Shown here in pieces: positions 1-10,990 of a stretch of 64,000 bases of DNA. The notes below the pieces were generated by a model that did no database searches, was not told the DNA's origin, and saw only the letters and a program-made list of their open reading frames with translations. The translations under genes were made by a program, and so were the position numbers. This DNA is from Trichoplax adhaerens. Taxonomy: Eukaryota; Animalia; Placozoa. How positions within the stretch are numbered: position 1 is the first letter of the stretch; each line of letters starts with the position of its first letter. Location of the stretch: assembly GCF_000150275.1 (NCBI RefSeq), contig NW_002060975.1, forward strand, positions 128,655-192,654. Direction: 5' to 3'.

Positions 1-3000
1 TCTAAAGGAAATGAACTTGATGTAGACATCATTGACAACAGAGACGATACTTTTACCGCGAAGTATACGCCTGTTGATCCCGACAGATACAGAATATCTA
101 TCCATTATGGTAATCAACCAATTCCGAGAAGTCCATTTCGTGTCAAAGTTGATCCTAGTTGGGATGCATCCAAGTGTAAAGCCAATGGTCCTGGTATTGC
201 ACCGGTGGGCGTTAAAGCTATGGAAGTAACCCATTTTAATGTTGACGCAACTAAAGCTGGTGTTGCAGAATTAATGGTTGAAATCAGTCAGCAAACCGGT
301 GGCACTAAATCGCAAGAACTACTTGCTGATATTATTGATAATAATGATGGTACATTTACAGTTGAATTCACACCGCCAAAGCCTGGTAGGTATACTGTTG
401 TTGTAAAATACGGTGATGCACATATACCCGATAGTCCGTATCGTATTAAAGTCGATAAAGGTTACGACGCTAGTAAATGTCATGCCGAAGGCCTTGGTAT
501 TGAAAGAAGAGGTAATCATGTTGGTCAACGAACCGAATTTCAAATTGATACAATCCAAGCTGGACAAGGAGAGTTAACGCTTAACTTTGAAGGATTCGTT
601 ATTAATGCTAGCGATCCCTATAATTCAGAGAGCCCTTATGATGTTGACGTTGTGACAAACGATAACCAATGCTATGCTGTATCGTATACACCTATTGATG
701 AAGGACAGTTAACAATCTCTGTCCTATACGGTGCCGATGATATACCAGGCAGTCCATTTCGGGTCATTGTTGCGCCTGGAATTGATCCAAGTAAATGTCT
801 AGCACAAGGTCCCGGCTTAGCACCAACTGGAGTTGTAACGAAATATCAAGCTCATTTTGAGATTTTTACTGATGGTGCTGGTCCTGGTGAATTAGCAGTT
901 GTTGTAGAAGGGCCATCTGGTGACGTAGATCCTGAAATTGAAGCTAAAAATGATGTTCATACCGATTTTGCTGTCAATTATATACCTAATGAGGAAGGTA
1001 TGCATACTGTAACGATCCTTTTTGGTGGTGTTAATATTCCTGGTAGCCCATTCAATATTAACGTTGGACCTCATGCTGATGCAAGTAAATGTTACGGTAG
1101 TGGTCCAGGTTTACAAAATACCGGTCTGCAAGCAAATCAAGCGACATATTTTGAAGTAGATACAGCTGATGCTGGCATAGGTGATTTAGAAATCGATATT
1201 AAGGATGAAGATAATCAAGATGTAGTTGCGACAATTAAAGATAATGAAGATGGTACCTATTTAGTTAATTATCGCCCATTGGAGCCGGGTAAATACGTCG
1301 TATCCGTAATCTATGCCGATGATCATATTCCTAGTAGCCCGTACTTTGTTAATGTCGCTAAAGGTAAAGATTTTAGTGGCGTTCAAATTTATGGTCGTGG
1401 TTTACGTCGTGGTGTCGTGGATAAATACGCTTACTTTACGGTTAAAACAGAAATTGATCTCACTGATCCAATGAGCTTTGCTGTTGAAGGCCCCGCCGAA
1501 GCTACAATCAATTGTACGGATAATGGTGATCATACTTGTACTGTTTCTTATGTTGCTGATGTTGAAGGAACATATTCTATTCATGTTTTCTTCGGCGATG
1601 AGGAATATCCACATAGTCCCTACTTTCCAAAAATTGAGCCTGCATTTTGCGATCCTAGTAAATGTACTGCCAAAGGACCAGGATTAAATCGAACTGGCCT
1701 TAAGACCGGCTACCCTGCTGATTTTACTGTTGACACTAGCGAAGCTGGACTTGGAGATTTAATGATCATTGTCGAAGATGTTAGAGGAATCGAGGCTGAA
1801 GTTAGTATTGTTGACAATCGCGATGACACTTTTACTGTTACATATACACCGACTGCACCAGAATACTACGTTATTACCATTCTATTTGGTAATCAACCCA
1901 TACCACGTAGTCCTTACAGAGTTAGAGTAGATCCTAGCTGGGACGCTTCGAAATGTATTGCAACCGGCCCAGGTATTGAACCAGCTAGTGTTAAAGCACT
2001 TGAAGAGACCTACTTCGAGATAGATGCAACTGACGCTGGTACTGCTGAATTATCGGCAGAAGTTATCAATCATGTTGGACCAAGAAATAACCAAGATATC
2101 GCTCCTGATATTATTAACAACGAAGATGGAACATTTTTAGTTCGATTTTTACCACCTAATCCTGGTCGTTACACTATTAATGTTAGATATGGTGATAAAC
2201 ATATACCAGATAGTCCATATCTTATCACCGTCGGCAAAGGTTATGATGCATCACAGTGTGTTGCGGAAGGTCAAGGCTTGGAAAGAAAGGGAAATCATGT
2301 CGGTAAAGCGACAGAATTTTACGTCCATACCTCAGGTGCTGGTATTGCTGACCTTACGTTAAACTTTGAAGGTTACGTTATCCATGCTGACGATCCTTTA
2401 ACTTCAGATTCACCGTATAATGTTGATGTTTATCGAGATAATGAAGACGTGTATGTTATATCATATACACCGTACAGTGAAGGCAGATTAATTATATCGG
2501 TTTTATACGGTTCTGATGATATTCCTGACAGTCCATTTAGGGTTAATATTGGCCCTGGTATCGATCCGAGTAAATGTTTAGCTCAAGGTGATGGCCTAAC
2601 ACCTAACGGCGTAGTTACTGAGCATGATTCAGAATTTGAAGTTTTTACTGATGGTGCTGGGCCAGGTGAATTGACGGTCATTGTTGATGGCCCAGGTGGA
2701 GAAGTAGTTCCAGAAATTGAACAAGAAAATGATACGGATTATCAAGTTACTTATGCTCCCACCGAAATCGGAATGCATAGTGTTAGTGTTCTCTTTAGTG
2801 GTGTCCATATACCTGGTAGTCCTTTTGATGTTAATGTCAGTCCTCACGCTGATCCAAGTAAATGCTTAGGAAGTGGACCTGGTTTAGAACGTTATGGACT
2901 AATCGCCAATAAAGTCACATATTTCGAAGTGGACACTGTAGAAGCTGGTGCTGGTGTTCTTAAAATTATAATTGAAGATCAAGACAGAAATGAGATAGAT

Positions 3001-6000
3001 TGTCAAATGAAACCGGATGCTGATGGTACATATGTAATTAATTATCGTCCTATTGAACCTGGCGAATACAATATATCTGTATTGTATGATGACGAGCATA
3101 TACCAGATAGCCCATATATTGTTAACGTTGAAAAAGGTAAAGATTTTAGTGGTATACAAATTTACGGACGTGGTTTACGCCGAGGTGTTGTCGATAAGTA
3201 TGCATATTTTAAAGTAAAAACTGAAACGGAATTAACAGATCCAATGAGTTTCTCTATTGAAGGCCCGGCTGAAACTGGAATCGAATGCTCGGATACTCAC
3301 GAAAATGTTTGTACAGTTTCATATGTTGCCCCTGTTGAAGGTACTTACAAGATTCATGTCTATTTTGGTGATGAGGAATATCCGCAAAGTCCTTACTCTC
3401 CAGTAATCGAGGCAGCTTTTTGCGATCCTAGTAAATGTACAGCCAAAGGTCCAGGCTTAGAAAGAACCGGCTTGAAGTCCGGTTATCCAGCTGATTTCAT
3501 AGTCGATACAAGCGAAGCTGGATTAGGGGATTTGATGATTATCGTCGAGGATGTCAAGGGTAATGAAGCCGATGTTAGTATTGTCGATAATCGCGATGAT
3601 ACCTTTACCGTTACTTATACACCATGGGTACCCGATTTTTACATTATTACCATAATATTTGGTGGTGAGAATATCCCTCGAAGTCCATATCGGGTTAGAG
3701 TTGATCCAAGTTGGGATGCATCTAAGTGCACTGCAGATGGTCCTGGTATTGAACCAGCCGGGGTTAAAGCCTTACAAGAAACTTATATATCGGTCGATGC
3801 ATCTGAGGCTGGTATGGCGGACCTAACTGTAGACGTAGTTAATCAATTGCAGTCACGCCAAAATCAGGAAATAATATCTGAAATCATCGAAAACGGCGAT
3901 GGTACTTTTACTGTGAAGTATACACCCCCAATTCCAGGGCGTTACTCAGTTATTATAAAATATGGTGATGATCACATACCAGAGAGTCCATATAACGTTA
4001 GGGTCGAAAAAGCCTATGATGCATCCTTAGTGCATGCTAGTGGTCCTGGTTTGGAAAGAACTGGCTTACATTCTGGACTCCGAACAGAATTTATAGTTGA
4101 TTGTACCGAAGCTGGCATAGCTGAATTATCGTGTGACTTTGAAGGTCATATTGTGCAGGCTAGTCATCCGCAATCATCAGTAAACCCATATGATGTTGAT
4201 ATTATTGATAATTCAGATGGTACATATCTTGTGGAGTATACACCATGTGAGCAAGGCCGTCTAACAGTCATTATTATGTACGGTGCTGATGACATTCCTG
4301 GTAGTCCATTCAAAGTAAATGTTGGCCCTGGTATCGATCCGTCTAAATGCTTTGCTTTAGGTCCTGGCCTCGAGCCAGGTGTACGAGTTGGATTTGCTAC
4401 ATCTTTTGAAGTTAGTGTTGAAGGAGCTGGTCCAGGTCAATTAACTCTCGATATTGTTGATCCGAATAATAATGCCGTTGATTATGATCTAGAAGATACA
4501 AGCGACATAGACTACAACGTGGATTATACAGCACAAATTGAAGGTCCTCATCAAGTAAATATTTACTTTGCTGGCGTTCATATACCAAACAGTCCATTCA
4601 CAGTCGATGTTGGGCCTTATAGTGATCCATCAAAATGTAAAGCATTTGGACCGGGTCTTGTTAGTGGATTTGTAGGTGCATCCACAGATTTTACAATCGA
4701 TACCACTGAAGCTGGTGATGGTGATATCGGAGTTACTATCGATGGACCTACTGAAGCCGAAATTGATTCACTTGATAACGGAGATGGTACATGTTCTGTA
4801 AATTATTTTCCCATATTACCAGGCCAATACACAATCAATATTCTGTTTGCTAGCGAAGCAATACCCAATAGTCCTTTTGTCGCTACTATTGTTTACCCTG
4901 TGGATGCTTCAAAATGTATTGTTGGTGGGCCAGGTTTAGAAAATGGTTTAATTGAAGATGAAGCAACCTATCTTACCGTAGATACAACAATGGCTGGAGA
5001 TGCTCAATTAAAAATTGACCTAGAAGATGCTGATGGCCATCATATTCCGTTAGTAGTCAAGGAAAATGAGGACATTTTTACAGCTGAGTATTCTACAACA
5101 GTAGCTGGACCTATGACAGCCAATATTAGTTACGGCGATCAACCTGTTCCAGGTAGTCCATTTACGATTAATGTTGATCATCGCGTAGACGTTTCGAAAA
5201 TCATCGTATCAGGTAATGGATTGGAAAACCCAGTTTATGTTGGTGAAGAAAGTAAGTTTACCGTAGATGCAATTGATGCTGGACCATCACAGCTCGATGT
5301 TTACATCCAAAGTACAACTGGTGTTTATGTTGAAGCAGCAATTGAACAGGATCCAGAATTGATCTTTAATGTCACGTATGTTGCTCCAAGTGAGGGTGAC
5401 TATGTTATCGATATAAAGTATCACAATGAAGACGTGCCTGATAACCCATTTAGTGTTTTTGCGGAGTTGCCACTGGATCCATCGAAAGTATCAGCTTATG
5501 GTCCTGGTCTAGAAGGTGCTATAACTGATATTGCAACTGCCTTCATTATCGATACTAGGGAAGCCGGGTATGGTAATCTTGATATATCTGTAGATGGCCC
5601 AGTTGATGCACCATTAACTTGCAACGAATTAGGTGATGGAAGGTGCGAAGTAACTTATACACCTCCTCGTCGTGGCGTTTATGAATTTCACATAACTTAT
5701 GGTGATGAAGCGATTCCTGGTAGTCCATTTCCAGTTAATGTGGCTAACCCACTTGATCCAAGTAAATGTGTTGCATCTGGCCCTGGTATTGAAAAAACTG
5801 GAAATCGCGCTCAACATGAAACTAATTTTATTGTAGATACCTCTGAAGCTGGTGATGCTGAATTAGAAGTTGACATCAAAACTCAATCTGGTCATCATAT
5901 TGATAATAAGATAACTCATAACAGTGAAGGTATTTATAACGTGAGTTATACGCCTAAAAATGAAGGTCTTTGTTACATTAAGGTCAAGTACGCTGGCAAA

Positions 6001-9000
6001 GAGATACCACGTAGTCCCTTTAGTACTCGCATTTTGCCAGCTTACGATGCAAGTAAAGTCAATGTTGAAGGTGATTGCTTAAACGGTGAGCCAGTGTATG
6101 TTGAAGATGAGCAATGCGTTCATGTGGACTATTCAGAAGCAGGCTTAGGTGATCTTACAGCGTTATTAAAAGCGCCAAATAATAGAAAACTTGCACCTGA
6201 AATATTAGATAATGGAGATGATACATCTGATATACGGTTTGTGCCTGAAAAAGTTGGTAGATATCAGCTAACGATTAAGTTTGGTGCTGATCATGTACCA
6301 GGTAGCCCTTTCCAAGTTTCAGCAGCCCCTTTTGCATTTCCTGAAAAGTGTGTTGCATCGGGTACTGGCTTGGATCGTACAGGAAATAAAACTGGTACGC
6401 GCCAAAAATTCCTCATTGATGCAAAGGAAGCAGGTCGTGGTAATTTAACTGCTAGCCTCATAACTCCTCGTGGTTATGAATTCCCAATACCCTTAGAAGA
6501 ACATGAAGATGAACCAGGTGTTTTTTCTTGCCGATATCGATATTTCGAGCAAGGCCGTAACAAAGTTAACGTCAAATTTGCAGACCACGACATTCCTGGC
6601 AGTCCGTTTCCTGTTAAAGTTGATAAGGGGTATGCGACTAATCCTGAGCGTGTTGATATTGGTAATGCTGATGAGGTTGAAGCTAAATTAGTTACGGTAG
6701 ATGAGATAATACCGATTGAAGTTGACGCTACTAAAGCAGGTCCTGGTGATCTAGACGCTCAAGTTAAATGCCCGTCTGGAGCAATAATAGATCCCGAGGT
6801 TATTGATAATGATGATGACACTTACAGAGTCAGTTTTAAGTCGGATGAAATAGGTGTCCATGAAGTCAGTATCAAGTATGCAAATCAGCATGTGCATGGT
6901 AGTCCATTTAATGTTGTAATCTATGGACCTGGTGCTGCTGACTGTAAAGCGTATGGTAATGGGCTGGATGAAGCTACCGTTGGCGAAGAGGCAACATTTA
7001 CTATTGACAGCAAAGATGCTGGTACTGGTAGCTTAGCAGTTGATATTGAAGGACCGGAAGAAGCTGACATAATTTCTGAAGATAACGGTGATGGTACATG
7101 TGACGTCAATTTTGTACCAACGGCGCCTGGTAACTATGATATTCATGTTACCTTCAATGGTAATCCGATTCCAGGTAGTCCATTTCCTTGTAATGTTACA
7201 CCCAAGCCTATTATAGAAGAAAGTGTTGGTAAAGATCAAGCACCAACTGCTGAAGATAGCCCAATTAACTGGGACGATTTAGATGATCTATCTGAAAACC
7301 CATACAAGCCTGAAACACCACTTGATGTTATCAATGAAGCTGTTACAATGGAACAAGTGAAGACAACGCAGTTGGAGCAACTATGCGATTTCTTACTAGA
7401 AAATCCTGATCGAGATGTTAGAGATCTTAATGCAACCGTCATTAGCCCATCCGGAAATACACAACCATGCAAGCTAGTTCCAAAGCGCGATGGTACGTTT
7501 GGTGTAAATTTTGTACCTCACGAGCTTGGACGTCATCATGTCAATATAATAAAGCATGGCAAACATATCGATGGTAGTCCATTCATTGTCGATGTTCTTC
7601 CAATGGATTACTGTGATCCGACGAAAGTCTACGCTACTGGTACAGGTCTTGTAAGTGGAGTTGTTAATCAAGAAGCTGAATTTATGGTTAATACCCGTGA
7701 TGCTGGCTACGGTGGACTGGGTGTAGATATACATGGGCCATCGCAGGCTGAATTAACTTGCATTGATAACCAAGACGGTACATGCACATTCAAATATACA
7801 CCAACTGTTCCTGGATATTATGGTATTGAAATTAAATTTGCTGATCAACATATACCCGGTAGCTTGTTTTATCCGTATATTGCACCTGACAGACAAGCTA
7901 AACAAACATTTCGACAAGTTTTTGCTCAAGTAACCGAGCAACCCGATACTAAAACTGAAGTTGGTAAATCGTTAGGATTCGCATTTCAATTACCTAACGC
8001 AAGGCGTGAGAATATAGCGGCTTCAGTTCGACAACCATCTGGATTCGTTTATGAAGCTGAAATTGTCGAAGAATCACCTGAATTGTACACAGTTCAATTC
8101 TTGCCCAAAGAGCCAGGTGATCATTTGGTTAGTATAAAGAAAAATAATCGCCATATTCAAGGTAGTCCATTTCCAGTTAGCGTTCGATTTGGTGGCGACA
8201 GTCGAGAAGTCAAATGTTTTGCTTACGGTCCGGGTCTACAATATGGTTTCGTTAATCGTCAAAGCCACTTTACTGTGTGGACAACTGATAAAACGGCCGA
8301 AAGTTTCAGAGTTGAAATTGAGGGACCATCACCTCTTGAGATATTTTGCCATGATAATGATGATACATCACATGTGCTATCGTATACACCACCAGTGCCA
8401 GGCGAGTATCTCATCCATGTCATATTCCGCGATAAAGAAATACCGCACAGTCCATACACTGTTCACGTTATGAGCGATGAAAGTGAGGTAAAACCTGTAA
8501 ATGAAAATATTCAACGAGCTGAGGCCGCGGTTGGTGAAGCTTCATTATTTGAATTACCGGATGACATTGCAGGTGAAGAACTTGACGTAACAATTATATC
8601 ACCATCGGGCATAAAAGAACCTGGTAGCGTTACTCGTACTGAAAGAGGTAGCTATATAGCTCGATTCGTACCCATTGAGCCTGGCAAGCATACTGTTAAT
8701 ATGACGGTAAATGGGCGCCACATACCTGGTAGCCCGTTCTATGTCTATGTAAATCCTGATGGTGGGGATGCAAAGCAATGTAAAGCATACGGTAAAGGGC
8801 TGAAATACGCTAAGGTATCGGAAGTAGCAGAGTTTTATGTTTTAACCGAAAATGCCGGCCCTGGTGAAGTTGATATTAGTATTGATGGACCAGTTAAAAC
8901 AGGATGTAATCATAAAGTGACCACACCTGGTCATCATACGGCAACTTATCTTCCATTAGCAGATGGCATTTATACTATTAATATTAAATTTGCTGGCAAG

Positions 9001-9327
9001 CATGTCCCTTACAGTCCGTTTAGAGTCCCAATAAGGGATGCTGATAAACCTAAACCTGAGAAATGTATTGCTGAAGGACCTGGTCTTCAATCTGCGCGGA
9101 AAGGTGTTAATCATTTTACTTTAGACGCCTCTGATGCTGGTAACGGTTCTATCATGGTTGGAGTAAAAGGACCCAGTATTCCGTGTGATGAAATTAAAGT
9201 TAACCATAAAGGTGATAAAGTTTATACAGTTGGTTATCGACTGGCTGAATCTGGTCCTCACTTATTAACTGTTAAATGGGGTGATAAACACATTCCTGGT
9301 AGTCCGTATACAGTAATTGCTAAATAA
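1..9327 (+). CDS. FLN: Giant filamin-family protein, 5'-truncated by the window; about 32 filamin Ig repeats, hinge at ~7200-7390, C-terminal dimerisation-type repeat
   Basis: Frame 1 is open from base 1 (SKGNELDVDIIDNRDDTFTAKYTP...) to TAA at 9325-9327, so the GTG start at 205 in the ORF track is not the real start. Recurrent filamin motifs DPSKC.A.GPGL, DN.DGT..V.Y.P and IPGSPF.V. The C-terminus LLTVKWGDKHIPGSPYTVIAK resembles the last repeat of vertebrate filamins. The actin-binding domain is not in the window. Confidence 0.96.
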   Translation, partial: SKGNELDVDIIDNRDDTFTAKYTPVDPDRYRISIHYGNQPIPRSPFRVKVDPSWDASKCKANGPGIAPVGVKAMEVTHFNVDATKAGVAELMVEISQQTGGTKSQELLADIIDNNDGTFTVEFTPPKPGRYTVVVKYGDAHIPDSPYRIKVDKGYDASKCHAEGLGIERRGNHVGQRTEFQIDTIQAGQGELTLNFEGFVINASDPYNSESPYDVDVVTNDNQCYAVSYTPIDEGQLTISVLYGADDIPGSPFRVIVAPGIDPSKCLAQGPGLAPTGVVTKYQAHFEIFTDGAGPGELAVVVEGPSGDVDPEIEAKNDVHTDFAVNYIPNEEGMHTVTILFGGVNIPGSPFNINVGPHADASKCYGSGPGLQNTGLQANQATYFEVDTADAGIGDLEIDIKDEDNQDVVATIKDNEDGTYLVNYRPLEPGKYVVSVIYADDHIPSSPYFVNVAKGKDFSGVQIYGRGLRRGVVDKYAYFTVKTEIDLTDPMSFAVEGPAEATINCTDNGDHTCTVSYVADVEGTYSIHVFFGDEEYPHSPYFPKIEPAFCDPSKCTAKGPGLNRTGLKTGYPADFTVDTSEAGLGDLMIIVEDVRGIEAEVSIVDNRDDTFTVTYTPTAPEYYVITILFGNQPIPRSPYRVRVDPSWDASKCIATGPGIEPASVKALEETYFEIDATDAGTAELSAEVINHVGPRNNQDIAPDIINNEDGTFLVRFLPPNPGRYTINVRYGDKHIPDSPYLITVGKGYDASQCVAEGQGLERKGNHVGKATEFYVHTSGAGIADLTLNFEGYVIHADDPLTSDSPYNVDVYRDNEDVYVISYTPYSEGRLIISVLYGSDDIPDSPFRVNIGPGIDPSKCLAQGDGLTPNGVVTEHDSEFEVFTDGAGPGELTVIVDGPGGEVVPEIEQENDTDYQVTYAPTEIGMHSVSVLFSGVHIPGSPFDVNVSPHADPSKCLGSGPGLERYGLIANKVTYFEVDTVEAGAGVLKIIIEDQDRNEIDCQMKPDADGTYVINYRPIEPGEYNISVLYDDEHIPDSPYIVNVEKGKDFSGIQIYGRGLRRGVVDKYAYFKVKTETELTDPMSFSIEGPAETGIECSDTHENVCTVSYVAPVEGTYKIHVYFGDEEYPQSPYSPVIEAAFCDPSKCTAKGPGLERTGLKSGYPADFIVDTSEAGLGDLMIIVEDVKGNEADVSIVDNRDDTFTVTYTPWVPDFYIITIIFGGENIPRSPYRVRVDPSWDASKCTADGPGIEPAGVKALQETYISVDASEAGMADLTVDVVNQLQSRQNQEIISEIIENGDGTFTVKYTPPIPGRYSVIIKYGDDHIPESPYNVRVEKAYDASLVHASGPGLERTGLHSGLRTEFIVDCTEAGIAELSCDFEGHIVQASHPQSSVNPYDVDIIDNSDGTYLVEYTPCEQGRLTVIIMYGADDIPGSPFKVNVGPGIDPSKCFALGPGLEPGVRVGFATSFEVSVEGAGPGQLTLDIVDPNNNAVDYDLEDTSDIDYNVDYTAQIEGPHQVNIYFAGVHIPNSPFTVDVGPYSDPSKCKAFGPGLVSGFVGASTDFTIDTTEAGDGDIGVTIDGPTEAEIDSLDNGDGTCSVNYFPILPGQYTINILFASEAIPNSPFVATIVYPVDASKCIVGGPGLENGLIEDEATYLTVDTTMAGDAQLKIDLEDADGHHIPLVVKENEDIFTAEYSTTVAGPMTANISYGDQPVPGSPFTINVDHRVDVSKIIVSGNGLENPVYVGEESKFTVDAIDAGPSQLDVYIQSTTGVYVEAAIEQDPELIFNVTYVAPSEGDYVIDIKYHNEDVPDNPFSVFAELPLDPSKVSAYGPGLEGAITDIATAFIIDTREAGYGNLDISVDGPVDAPLTCNELGDGRCEVTYTPPRRGVYEFHITYGDEAIPGSPFPVNVANPLDPSKCVASGPGIEKTGNRAQHETNFIVDTSEAGDAELEVDIKTQSGHHIDNKITHNSEGIYNVSYTPKNEGLCYIKVKYAGKEIPRSPFSTRILPAYDASKVNVEGDCLNGEPVYVEDEQCVHVDYSEAGLGDLTALLKAPNNRKLAPEILDNGDDTSDIRFVPEKVGRYQLTIKFGADHVPGSPFQVSAAPFAFPEKCVASGTGLDRTGNKTGTRQKFLIDAKEAGRGNLTASLITPRGYEFPIPLEEHEDEPGVFSCRYRYFEQGRNKVNVKFADHDIPGSPFPVKVDKGYATNPERVDIGNADEVEAKLVTVDEIIPIEVDATKAGPGDLDAQVKCPSGAIIDPEVIDNDDDTYRVSFKSDEIGVHEVSIKYANQHVHGSPFNVVIYGPGAADCKAYGNGLDEATVGEEATFTIDSKDAGTGSLAVDIEGPEEADIISEDNGDGTCDVNFVPTAPGNYDIHVTFNGNPIPGSPFPCNVTPKPIIEESVGKDQAPTAEDSPINWDDLDDLSENPYKPETPLDVINEAVTMEQVKTTQLEQLCDFLLENPDRDVRDLNATVISPSGNTQPCKLVPKRDGTFGVNFVPHELGRHHVNIIKHGKHIDGSPFIVDVLPMDYCDPTKVYATGTGLVSGVVNQEAEFMVNTRDAGYGGLGVDIHGPSQAELTCIDNQDGTCTFKYTPTVPGYYGIEIKFADQHIPGSLFYPYIAPDRQAKQTFRQVFAQVTEQPDTKTEVGKSLGFAFQLPNARRENIAASVRQPSGFVYEAEIVEESPELYTVQFLPKEPGDHLVSIKKNNRHIQGSPFPVSVRFGGDSREVKCFAYGPGLQYGFVNRQSHFTVWTTDKTAESFRVEIEGPSPLEIFCHDNDDTSHVLSYTPPVPGEYLIHVIFRDKEIPHSPYTVHVMSDESEVKPVNENIQRAEAAVGEASLFELPDDIAGEELDVTIISPSGIKEPGSVTRTERGSYIARFVPIEPGKHTVNMTVNGRHIPGSPFYVYVNPDGGDAKQCKAYGKGLKYAKVSEVAEFYVLTENAGPGEVDISIDGPVKTGCNHKVTTPGHHTATYLPLADGIYTINIKFAGKHVPYSPFRVPIRDADKPKPEKCIAEGPGLQSARKGVNHFTLDASDAGNGSIMVGVKGPSIPCDEIKVNHKGDKVYTVGYRLAESGPHLLTVKWGDKHIPGSPYTVIAK
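148..4620 (+). repeat. Coding super-repeat of six filamin Ig domains (~591-593 aa, ~1775 nt period), 2.5 copies plus the tail of a previous copy at 1-147
   Basis: VDPSWDASKC at ~148, ~1927 and ~3700. KDFSG.QIYGRGLRRGVVDKYAYF at ~1366 and ~3139. FCDPSKCTAKGPGL at ~1645 and ~3418. GIDPSKC at ~778, ~2557 and ~4330. Confidence 0.93.
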
Positions 9328-10990
9328 TCTGCATTATATTTTATCCTAATTTTGTTTAAAGTTTCAGGGATTCGTTTTCCTTCTTTTTGCTCTTTGTGAT
9401 GTCGATAGTGATTTTAAAAGGATAAGATAATTTCTTATCGCTAATGTCTTTAGTACCAATTCTGTTGACTTGTTATGGCTAGTAGAGTATACTGTACTGT
9501 ATTTCTTGATAATGATAATTAATCTTTCAATGATGATATTATATTGAACATTTAATGTTAATCTTTGCTGGCTAATATTTCAGTGAGATGCTATCATTTT
9601 AGTAACTTAAAATGTCAGCTAAAATAATTTCATTGAATTAATTCACATGATTTTATCACGACCAGTCCTTATGAGCAATTTTAACTGTTAGTTATCTATT
9701 TTATAATCGTTAATTTTTCTATGGAACTTAATTTTAAATGTAAACTTAACAATTTTACCGATATCACGATTTTAAAATGTCTATCACCGCCATCTGCTGA
9801 GGGATTACTGGTGTGTTTGACATGTTATATTTATATCACTAGCAACTATGACTGTACTTTGTGTATAATATGTCTGTATGTATGTACGTATAATGGAAAA
9901 TTCATTCATTGTACTTGTCAGTAGCTTGGCGTAACAATTTCTATTTTAATTGATGGGTAAAGATCTTATTTGTGATATGAATTTGACGCGGTAGTAGATG
10001 TAATATTTTCAGAAATCGGGTTATAACTGTGACGGCAAAGTAAAATTCAGTAGTATGAACAGCATGTATTTCTTTTCGGAATGAAATTATACATTGGTTT
10101 AATTATATATTAAGAATATTGATATCGTGATATAGTATGTAATAAACTTTATATTTTTGCCTACATGATCATAGTTACACGTAATGACGTAAACGCTTCA
10201 TATGATTTTCTCTCAGTTATTGGTAAATGGTTGTCATAAATTCAACATTGATGAATAAAAATTTTCATTGTTTGACGTGCTGCAATATTTATCGATTCTC
10301 AAATAGTTAGGGTCGATTTGTAGGTTTTTCCATTTCAATAGCGATATAGCTGAAATAAGTTGACAAATTTTGTAACAACCTAAGTTATTCAATTAATGGT
10401 ATCGGATTTAGTTGTGTTGTAAAGATTGTAGTTAGCATTGACGATATTTCAATTAGCGTCCAACTTTAATACAACAACGTTGACAACATTTAGGTCATGA
10501 AAATACAACCCAATTTCTTATACCGTAGACGTTTTCTAATAAGCGTTCGATATAATATGTAGGCTACAAAGATAACTTAGATCAATGTGCCAAACGGCAT
10601 TCACTGACATACATTTGAGTGTTGTATTATACTAGTAGATTGAAATTTTTCAGAACAGTCAGTCAGGTATTTGCGTTTGACAGAACATAACTGTGTACTA
10701 GACAACTGGGCAAAGCCACAATTTAAGCAGCATACAATTTATGTCGAATCGTGGTGGTACTGTAGTGCGATATAGCAGATCTGTCGTTCTGCTTAGACAA
10801 GTTCACATTAACGAAACGTACGATTTCAGCTCAGATCCTTATGTAAAGTCGTCCATAGTTAACAAATTTATACCAGCTGTTATCTAATACGTAAAACTTG
10901 CAATCTGATTGATTGCTGAGCGTATCAAAGTATACAGTTGTTGGTTAATGGCTTAACAACAAATACAAGAATGTCTTAAATCCTTTATTC

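Noticed and set aside
148-4620. Filamin super-repeat as an assembly duplication
   Set aside because: Copies differ at many nucleotide and amino-acid positions and by small indels, so the duplication is old and real.
319-8473. Many 60-95 aa antisense or alternative-frame ORFs over filamin
   Set aside because: Shadows of the codon-biased filamin ORF, with no independent motifs.
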